NCBI GenBank assembly: GCA_963772405.1
Contig: CAVYWT010000003.1
Span: 24,911 to 88,910, forward strand
Length of the DNA stretch: 64,000 bases
Direction: 5' to 3'
Source of the DNA: an uncultured Acidobacteriota bacterium
Lineage (GTDB): Bacteria > Acidobacteriota > Blastocatellia > Pyrinomonadales > Pyrinomonadaceae
Shown: piece by piece, positions 56,295-64,000 of the stretch
Numbering within the stretch: position 1 is the stretch's first letter
Layout: every line of letters begins with the position of its first letter
The notes under the pieces: model-generated
What the model was told of the DNA's origin: nothing
Seen by the model: the letters and a program-made list of their open reading frames with translations, nothing else
Databases searched by the model: none
Program-made: the position numbers and the translations under genes

Positions 56295-56537
56295 ATGAAA
56301 GCTATCAAACTCTGTGAAAGCGAAGTCATTGAATCGAACCGCGTGTTCGATCTTCCGGACGGGCCGGTATCGATCTGCGAGCGCGAAGTTCACGAATTCT
56401 ACCGGCTGGAAGAAGCTCCGCGTACGCGGCTCGTGATAATAACCGGAGCGCTCGACCGCACGCGGACCTTTATAGCCAAAACCCGAGAAGAATTTTCCGA
56501 ATTGAATTCCGTCATGCGCGAACTCGTCGCGAGGTAA
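56295..56537 (+). CDS. Small hypothetical protein
   Basis: ORF with GAGAGGA upstream of the ATG at 56295. The ORF track starts at GTG 56202. I recognise no family. Confidence 0.4.
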   Translation: MKAIKLCESEVIESNRVFDLPDGPVSICEREVHEFYRLEEAPRTRLVIITGALDRTRTFIAKTREEFSELNSVMRELVAR

Positions 56538-56638
56538 CGACGCGTGTCTATTCCCAATCCTTCTTCAGCAGCAGCTCTTCGATCCTGTAGGCATGCAGCA
56601 TCTCGTGATTCAGACACGGTTATAAACCGTATCTCTCT

Positions 56639-56745
56639 CTACCGCTTGCGTTCAATCATTTCGATGATATCTTGTCTGCTCATCTTCACGCCGCCTTCGT
56701 CTGCGTAGCCGTGTGTCACCTCGCCGACGTCGGTGATGGTGCCGG
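56639..56745 (-). pseudogene. Orphan 3'-terminal fragment of an MqnE/MqnC-like radical-SAM gene
   Basis: GTITDVGEVTHGYADEGGVKMSRQDIIEMIERKR aligns with the C-terminus of the intact gene 1.1 kb away ([34 protein letters not shown]). DNA similarity is also visible. Confidence 0.7.
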
Positions 56746-57211
56746 GCGTATGAGCGCCAACAAAAGAGCCACGCCGGCCAACGCTCCGGTCGACCACACC
56801 GCCCAGTCGAAGGCATACCACGTCGCCGCTCGGCTTTGTAACACCGGATCCACTTCGTCTCTAAAGCCTATCGCCTTCATCTCGTCGAAAACGGGCTCCA
56901 GATACAGGCCGGCGACGAGCCCGCCCGCGACGAACAGCGTAAGAGCGAAGAGCAGAAGCTTTCGCCGAGAAGTGTTCCAGTTAGTCACAAGAGCGATGAT
57001 GAACAGCGCGAAGGTGATCGTTGGGACCGTATTCCAAAACGCAGCTGCTGTCGTACCGATATGCTCCTTCGAGGATGGCAAACGACCGCGGCGGAGCCGC
57101 TGACACCGTGCTTGCAACAACAGAAAGGGCAAACAGCTGTGCGCCGATCTGCATCAGGCAGCACGCGACGAGCGCCATCATCGTGAGGTTCCGTAGGTTT
57201 AACTCTTTCAT
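56716..57211 (-). pseudogene. DUF1772-like (anthrone-oxygenase-like) membrane protein with one frameshift near 57065
   Basis: ORF 56981..57211 (MKELNLRNLTMMALVACCLMQIGAQLFA..) continues in ORF 56716..57132 (HIGTTAAAFWNTVPTITFALFIIALVTNW..LFALTLFVAGGLVAGLYLEP..). It has four TM segments. Confidence 0.55.
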
Positions 57212-57273
57212 AGCGTTACCTTAGCCCATTCGTTTCGATCGCAACTTCATGCCGTAACTCGACCCGAGCGGTT

Positions 57274-57744
57274 TTACAACGTGTCTCGTTCCCGCGACAA
57301 CAGTTCGCCAACGATCTCCCGAAGCACCAGGAAACTCTCGTCCAATGAGGCTTTGCCCGTTTCAATGATCGATAACCTCAGTGCATCGGCCTGACCTCTT
57401 AAATATGCGGCCCAGCAATCCATTTGCGGATTTGCAAGATCCGGTTGCTTACGCTCATTGATGAGACGATCGTTTCGTATTTCCGGTTCACAATCCACCA
57501 AAACGATCTGCGAGTTTGCTACGCGGGCCTCATCCAGCACCTCTTGCGCCAGATGAGGACGTATCTGAGTGTCAAGCACGGCGAGCTTCAAGGCCGGCCT
57601 CTCGATTCCCACCAGATCGATCCAATGACGAAGTATCCCTGCCTGCCGATCGATCCTTTGCGAGAGCATCGAGAAAAATAAGAAAGCTGTCTTTATCAGA
57701 CACACGTTCCAGCAACCGTTCTAGATGATCCGAATGGAGTTTGA

Positions 57745-57748
<4 letters not shown>
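57274..57748 (-). pseudogene. Hypothetical protein translationally coupled to mqnE, with one frameshift near 57650
   Basis: The GTG at 57748 overlaps the mqnE stop (GTGA). The [32 protein letters not shown] frame switches into ORF 57274..57705. Confidence 0.45.
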
Positions 57749-58845
<1,097 letters not shown>

Positions 58846-58969
58846 TTCCACTATTCTAAGCGCATTCGCGAGGTTGTGCATCCGTTTGCTTGCATGCAGC
58901 TCGCATACGCGAGCCTTATTTAACCGCCAGCGATTCCAAAAAGTCCTTAACGAATATAAAATCTGGCCT

Positions 58970-59848
58970 ATGAAATTCGGAAAAGTCGAAAACCCCGACG
59001 AGGTGGATTTCACGATCCCGCCTGACGACAAGGCGAACAAAAGAATATTTGCGAGCGAGAAAGCGAAGGACATTGAGGTCTATGTCGGGTGTGCGAAGTG
59101 GAACAGCAAAGACCTGAAGGGTTTTTACCCAAAGGGTGTAAAGGCCAAGGAAGAGCTTCACTATTATTCGACGCAGTTCAATTGCATCGAGCTGAATGCC
59201 ACTTTTTATAAGCGCTACTGGGAAAACAACTACACAGCCTGGCGCGATGGCGTAACCGACGATTTCAAATTCTTTCCAAAGTTCAATCAGGGCGTAACGC
59301 ATTACGCCCGGCTCAAAGACGTGGATGAGCGCTGCGAGCAGTTCGCTGAGAATGTCGCGTTCCTGAAAAAGAAACTCGGGATGCCATTTCTTCAGATGCA
59401 CGACAACTTCGGACCAAAAGAGTTCGCGAAGGTGGAGAATTTCGTGACCAACATCTGGAGTTACGACATGCCGATCGCGATGGAGTTTCGAAAAAGCGAA
59501 TGGCACACCGATCCGGAAGTTTCATCGCAGCTCTACAATCTGCTCGAATCGAAGCGGATAACGAACATTCTCGTCGACACCGCCGGCCGCCGCGACCTGA
59601 TGCACATGCGGATGACGACTCCGACACCGTTCATCCGATGGGTCGGGGCCAATCACCCGTCCGATTACACTCGCCTAGACGAGTGGGTCGAACGGCTCGC
59701 AAAATGGAAGAAGCAGGGGATGAGGAGTCTGGCCTTTTTCGTCCATCAGAACGTCGAAGTAGAATCACCGCTGCTGTCTGCTTATTTTATTGAGAAGCTG
59801 AATAAGAAGATCGGGACGAAGTTGAAAGTTCCTGAGACGCTGACCTAG
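58970..59848 (+). CDS. DUF72 family protein
   Basis: [40 protein letters not shown] fits the DUF72 pattern. The ATG is at 58970. Confidence 0.7.
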   Translation: MKFGKVENPDEVDFTIPPDDKANKRIFASEKAKDIEVYVGCAKWNSKDLKGFYPKGVKAKEELHYYSTQFNCIELNATFYKRYWENNYTAWRDGVTDDFKFFPKFNQGVTHYARLKDVDERCEQFAENVAFLKKKLGMPFLQMHDNFGPKEFAKVENFVTNIWSYDMPIAMEFRKSEWHTDPEVSSQLYNLLESKRITNILVDTAGRRDLMHMRMTTPTPFIRWVGANHPSDYTRLDEWVERLAKWKKQGMRSLAFFVHQNVEVESPLLSAYFIEKLNKKIGTKLKVPETLT

Positions 59849-59870
59849 TTTTCTATCGCTTCATCGTTTT

Positions 59871-60067
59871 AGCTCCGCTAGGAGCGGAATGTTGGTAGAA
59901 ACGCCGTCACGTAAACCGGAAAGCTCCGTAGGAGCGGCACCGTAATGTCGCTCCTACGGAGCTCAAAATTCATTTTGCGTGAATTCGGCTACCAACATGT
60001 CGCTCCTACGGAGCTCGAACTCATTTGGCCGAATGCTGCTACCAACATGCCGCTCCTAACGGAGCTT
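59871..60067. repeat. Cluster of five REP-like units with a palindromic core GCTCCnnnGGAGC (CTACCAACATGYCGCTCCTACGGAGC)
   Basis: Units at ~59871-98 and 59921-44 are in reverse orientation. Units at 59947-64, 59989-60016 and 60040-67 are forward. Units 2 and 3 form a perfect 15-bp hairpin. Confidence 0.85.
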
Positions 60068-60082
60068 AGACAATTGGCACAT

Positions 60083-60703
60083 CTATCGCTTCTTCTTGCC
60101 CTTGAAGGTTGTTCCGTAGCAGTAAGGCTTCCCGCTTCGGGTTTCGGACATATCTATCTCGGGGAAGAACTTGAATCCCGTCGATTCGACCAGATCCGGA
60201 TATTTCTGTTGGAGGTGCCTGATGACAACCCTTGGGCTTTTGAAGGTATGAAATGCCTTGAACAGCAACAGCTCGAACGAAGATGATTCGATCCAATCTA
60301 CATCTTTCGTAAATCCCGTTACCATCGCGACTTGAGTTTGCTCGACAAATTCCCGAACCGCGACCGGAGTTCTCAAGGTGCTGCAAGTTCCAAAGTGAAT
60401 TATCCAATTCGTGAACCGGTGATTCATCATTCCCGCCAGATCTGGCAGCTTTACACGGTCGCGATGCAGGTGGATACGTCCCGGCGAGCCGTGAAATGCG
60501 AAGTAAAGGACGCCGTAGTTCCGTTTGCAAAGCAGATTGAGGTTGTACTGCAGCTCTTCGCGGGTGTTACAGGTGAGGTGGCTGAATTTCGATTCCATGG
60601 TCTTCGAGATAAGCTCTAAAGTGGGTAAAACATTGAGCTTATTCTCGATGTGACCATTCCACATCGACTCGAGACACGCGATATTTCGCTTCCTATACGA
60701 CAT
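60083..60703 (-). CDS. Hypothetical protein with a caspase-like His...Cys signature
   Basis: 206-aa ORF. A hydrophobic strand followed by HG (VLYFAFHGSPG), and a second hydrophobic strand followed by C (WIIHFGTCSTL). Confidence 0.55.
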   Translation of the reverse strand: MSYRKRNIACLESMWNGHIENKLNVLPTLELISKTMESKFSHLTCNTREELQYNLNLLCKRNYGVLYFAFHGSPGRIHLHRDRVKLPDLAGMMNHRFTNWIIHFGTCSTLRTPVAVREFVEQTQVAMVTGFTKDVDWIESSSFELLLFKAFHTFKSPRVVIRHLQQKYPDLVESTGFKFFPEIDMSETRSGKPYCYGTTFKGKKKR

Positions 60704-60709
60704 AAGCGA

Positions 60710-61579
60710 CTACTCTGCAGTGAAGACTGCCACCGAAAAGGATATAAACAATATTACGCTAACAAAGGCATTAGTTGTAAAGAACGCAGCGTTCATTCGG
60801 CTTAAATTTTTTTCGGAAACCAGTGTGTGCTGATAGATCAGCAACACCGCGACAAGGATCACTCCGGCAAAGGCCAGCCATCCCAAGCCAGTGGCTAAGT
60901 AAAGCAATAACAAGGCTAGAAATGCCTGAAGATGGAATAAACGCGCAATCCAGAGCGAATTCTTAACGCCGAAACGTGCCGGAATCGAACGAAGGCCGGC
61001 ACGCTTGTCGAAGTCGTGGTCCTGACACGCATACATCACGTCGAATCCGGCCGTCCACATCAGCACAACGAGCGAGAGCAAGATCGGTACTTCCGAATCG
61101 ATCGTTCCCCGAACTGCGATCCAGGCCGCTGTCGGCGAGATCGCGAGAGCCCATCCGAGCATCAGATGCGAAAATGCCGTGAACCTCTTGGCGTATGAAT
61201 AACCAAGAACACTGAGTAATGCGACAGGTGAGAGGGCAAAGGTCAACCAGTTCAGCATGTACGATGCGAGCAGAAACACCGCTATCGAAACGAAAAGGAA
61301 TGCCCATGCAAAGCCAACGGAAAGCCGTCCGCTTGGAAGCTCGCGACCGGACGTGCGGGGGTTCGCGGCATCGAAATCGATGTCGATGATCCGGTTAAAT
61401 GTCATCGCAGCGGAGCGTGCCCCGAACATCGCGGCCGTGATCCAGGCGATCTGCTGGATGGTGGGCAACCCATTCGCCGCCAAAATGGCCCCGAGAAAAG
61501 CAAACGGAAGCGCGAACAGCGTGTGCTCGAACTTGATCATTTCGAGCGTAATTCGCAATTTGCCCCAAAATTCTGCCAT
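60710..61579 (-). CDS. UbiA-family aromatic prenyltransferase (4-hydroxybenzoate polyprenyltransferase-like; possibly the futalosine-pathway prenyltransferase)
   Basis: [23 protein letters not shown] (NxxxDxxxD), a second Asp-rich motif [14 protein letters not shown], and 8-9 TM segments. Confidence 0.85.
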   Translation of the reverse strand: MAEFWGKLRITLEMIKFEHTLFALPFAFLGAILAANGLPTIQQIAWITAAMFGARSAAMTFNRIIDIDFDAANPRTSGRELPSGRLSVGFAWAFLFVSIAVFLLASYMLNWLTFALSPVALLSVLGYSYAKRFTAFSHLMLGWALAISPTAAWIAVRGTIDSEVPILLSLVVLMWTAGFDVMYACQDHDFDKRAGLRSIPARFGVKNSLWIARLFHLQAFLALLLLYLATGLGWLAFAGVILVAVLLIYQHTLVSEKNLSRMNAAFFTTNAFVSVILFISFSVAVFTAE

Positions 61580-61741
61580 AGCGGGCGCACCGGTCGGGCC
61601 GGTGGGAACATCTCCTTACATAGCGGAACGATGATTCTACCAGAAGCAGACAGTTTTTCCAGAGGCGTTGTGGAAAACCAGCGAAGAAGCTGGCACAATA
61701 ACCTGACCTTTTCCGGTTAACTTCTTGGTACAAAGAAACTT

Positions 61742-62275
61742 ATGCCCAGCGGGAAAACCCATGATGCGATCACGCTGATCCTTGCCGGCCCGGTCTTCGG
61801 AGCTACACTTCTGCTGACTCATGACATCTGGCTATCGACCGTCGCGGCGGTTGGATTTCTGTTTGGGGGATTTATGTTCGGACCGGACCTCGATACGGTT
61901 TCGAAGCAGTACTCGCGATGGAAATTTCTAGCGTTCTTGTGGTTTCCCTACCGGAGTTTTTTCAAACACAGGTCCCGGTGGTCGCACGGGTTGATCTTCG
62001 GGACGTTCTTACGTGTAGTTTATTTTATGGGGGTTGCGACCTGTCTTGCTTTTCTATTAATGGTCGGATACACGACTCTCGCCGGGGGTGAAATTTCTGC
62101 CGTGTGGGATTTTCCGCGCGTTTGGTCCACGCTGCGACAACATTCGGCCGCCGCGCTCGGACCGGGTGGCTTGAGTGCGATCTTTGTCGGAATGTGGCTC
62201 GGAGCCGCGAGCCATACGGTCACCGATCTCGCGGGCTCGTACGTTAAGACGGGAAGAGTCGGTGACATGTTCTAG
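61742..62275 (+). CDS. DUF2227-like putative metal-binding membrane protein
   Basis: MPSGKTHDAITL .. GPDLD .. HRSRWSHG .. fits the pattern of that family. Confidence 0.55.
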   Translation: MPSGKTHDAITLILAGPVFGATLLLTHDIWLSTVAAVGFLFGGFMFGPDLDTVSKQYSRWKFLAFLWFPYRSFFKHRSRWSHGLIFGTFLRVVYFMGVATCLAFLLMVGYTTLAGGEISAVWDFPRVWSTLRQHSAAALGPGGLSAIFVGMWLGAASHTVTDLAGSYVKTGRVGDMF

Positions 62276-62277
62276 GA

Positions 62278-62443
62278 GAAGTGAAAAGGTGAAAAAGTGA
62301 AAAGGTGAAAAAGTGAAAAGGTGAAAAAGTGAAAAAGTGAAAAAGTGAAAAAGTGAAAAAGTGAAAGGTTAGATATCGTGACAATGATTTCTAACCTTCG
62401 CACCCCTTCACTCTTTCACCTTTTCACTCTTTCACTTTTTTAC
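62278..62443. repeat. Tandem octamer array H: 11 x GTGAAAAG/GTGAAAAA, a central 8-bp hairpin, then an inverted arm (CTTTCAC/CTTTTCAC units)
   Basis: Read directly from the sequence. It fills the spacer between convergent stops at 62275 and 62451. Confidence 0.95.
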
Positions 62444-62450
62444 CTTCGAA

Positions 62451-63656
62451 TTATTTCCCGGCCCTGGCCTGTGATAGCCGTATCGCCTGACGTCGAACCG
62501 CATCGGAAACATTTCGATTTTTCGCCAGCACATTGAGGTCCTTGAGCTGAAGCCTCGACAGGATGTTCATGCAATTCGCGATCGGTGTGCGTGGGTTTCG
62601 GGCGAGGTTGTGAACTATTGCGTAACTGCGCGACCACTGGCGGCTCGACGCGATCTCACGCAGGATATCCTCGGTGATCGAGCGCATCGACGCGATCTTT
62701 TCGATCTCTTGCTCGGTGATGCGGGGGTTGGCAACAACGGCCTGAGCGACAATGCGGTTCGGATCGCGGATCAGGATATTTCGAGCTTCGCGGTCGCCCT
62801 TTATCGCAAGTTTAGTTCTGTCCTTCATCCCCATCTTCATGATCCGGTTGATGATGGATATACGCTCACTCGGCAGGTCCATTTCGTCCGACTTGAACTC
62901 ACCAAGTATCTTGTTGACGATCGCCTGACGTTGTTCCGGGGTCTCTGCGTAGATCTCCTCGATAAACTCCAGTCCGAGCCAACTGTCGTCGGTTTCGCTA
63001 TCGGGGATGACGATGTGTTCGGCAAGGAACAGAGCATCTTCCTCACTAATGCCCAGACTATCGAACTCGCCATTCTCAATGAATTCGGCGGCCGCTTCTT
63101 TGCCCTGCGCCCGCAACTCGTTTGCGATCTGCTGCTGACCGCGCTCCTTTTCAAAAAATTCTCGTTTCGTTTCTGATGCGCGGCGCTCGGCTTCAGAACT
63201 GCGGATCGGGTTTTTGAGAATCGCCTCGATGACCGCCGGAGTTTGGATGAGCAACTGTTGATTGAGCGAAATAGCGTCGAGTAGCTCGGCGCTCTTGGTT
63301 TCCGCGGCGAACCTCACGATGGCGGTGACCGGTGTCCGAGCGTTCGAGATGATCGACTTGTGGATCTTTTTCGGCAGCTCACCGACTGTCGCTAGGTAGG
63401 TCAGAATGGGGACCGGTATTTCATCTGAACGCACCAGCGTATTCAGCATTTCGGTATCGTGCATCCTAATGGTCTCGCGGGCATGCCCCGCCAACTCGGA
63501 GTCATCGGAGTTGGCAAACGCGACAAGAACCTCAAGCAGATCCAGTTCAGGCAATGGCAGAATTCCCCTCGCTGCGGCGAGCTGCGCCGGCCGGGGCGCA
63601 GTGCCCTCAATGACAGCCTTTACAACCGGATTTTCCGATTCGATAACGAAACTCAT
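62451..63656 (-). CDS. Hypothetical alpha-helical repeat protein
   Basis: 401-aa ORF with repeated ..NP(R)..V.. helical units (RDPNRIVAQAVVANPRITEQEI, ARNPRTPIANCMNIL). I recognise no family. Confidence 0.6.
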   Translation of the reverse strand: MSFVIESENPVVKAVIEGTAPRPAQLAAARGILPLPELDLLEVLVAFANSDDSELAGHARETIRMHDTEMLNTLVRSDEIPVPILTYLATVGELPKKIHKSIISNARTPVTAIVRFAAETKSAELLDAISLNQQLLIQTPAVIEAILKNPIRSSEAERRASETKREFFEKERGQQQIANELRAQGKEAAAEFIENGEFDSLGISEEDALFLAEHIVIPDSETDDSWLGLEFIEEIYAETPEQRQAIVNKILGEFKSDEMDLPSERISIINRIMKMGMKDRTKLAIKGDREARNILIRDPNRIVAQAVVANPRITEQEIEKIASMRSITEDILREIASSRQWSRSYAIVHNLARNPRTPIANCMNILSRLQLKDLNVLAKNRNVSDAVRRQAIRLSQARAGK

Positions 63657-63854
63657 ATGGACGGGATTATGGGAGCAATCTGAACTTCAGGTTTTGCGGT
63701 GGCCTTATGGAGACGGCCGGTGAAGTACATCTTAGCACAAGCGGCGAAGCTCTTGACTAAGACTTATCGGTACCGTAACGTAACATTTTGCTTCGTACCA
63801 ACTGCTCGGCATATGTAATTATCCTCAGAATTTTGTAACCTAACGTCACTCATA

Positions 63855-64000
63855 ATGATAAAGAACGAACTGGAAAAATTGATCTCGGAAAGAAGCGCTT
63901 GTATAGGCGTTGTTGGACTAGGCTACGTAGGGTTACCTCTGATCGTTGAATTCGGGCTCAAGGGCTTTCGCGGCATCGGCTTCGAAGTCGATGAAAAAAA
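63855..64000 (+). CDS. Nucleotide-sugar (UDP-glucose/UDP-ManNAc) dehydrogenase, N-terminal part (runs off the window)
   Basis: The ATG at 63855 is followed by MIKNELEKLISERSACIGVVGLGYVGLPLIVEFG, the Rossmann GxGxxG of this family. No stop occurs before 64000. Confidence 0.65.
   Translation, partial: MIKNELEKLISERSACIGVVGLGYVGLPLIVEFGLKGFRGIGFEVDEK

Overview
This is a 64-kb chromosomal segment at roughly 55% GC. I can support about 45 protein-coding genes, mostly housekeeping and envelope functions. The gene content looks Acidobacteriota-like, but that is a guess: CarboxypepD_reg/TonB-type outer-membrane protein, FG-GAP/VCBS repeat proteins, futalosine-pathway genes, and many TPR and secreted peptidases. 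Recognisable genes in order:
- M4 and S9 peptidases, GNAT, proC, tyrS
- a dnaK-dnaJ-hspR operon
- a 2081-aa multi-PAS/GAF hybrid histidine kinase
- a TPR protein, a CDP-alcohol phosphatidyltransferase, a metallophosphoesterase
- a TonB-type OMP, a DUF4388-like protein, smc, a CapA-like protein
- a Kgd/OdhA-type fused 2-oxoglutarate dehydrogenase
- nusB, ribH, an S41 peptidase, an epimerase
- fur/perR-katG, several oxidoreductases and hydrolases
- mqnE, DUF72, a UbiA prenyltransferase, and the start of a nucleotide-sugar dehydrogenase

I saw no rRNA, tRNA, CRISPR array, transposase or integrase, and no obvious multi-gene defence island.

Two global properties stand out.
1. Almost every spacer at a gene 3' end is occupied by a structured repeat. 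Some are tandem 7-8-nt arrays with a phased GAA/CAA, usually followed by a shorter inverted array (fold-back). The rest are compound palindromic REP/MITE-like elements, of which I count five different families.
2. About 20 single-base frameshifts are present, and they are very unevenly distributed. Nine fall in dnaJ/dnaK, while the adjacent 6.2-kb kinase, smc and katG have none.

Smaller oddities:
- a 51-nt second copy of the katG 3' end that differs only at synonymous positions
- an orphan 3' fragment of an mqnE-like gene
- a stand-alone SRA/YDG-like protein
- a small protein with a caspase-like His...Cys signature
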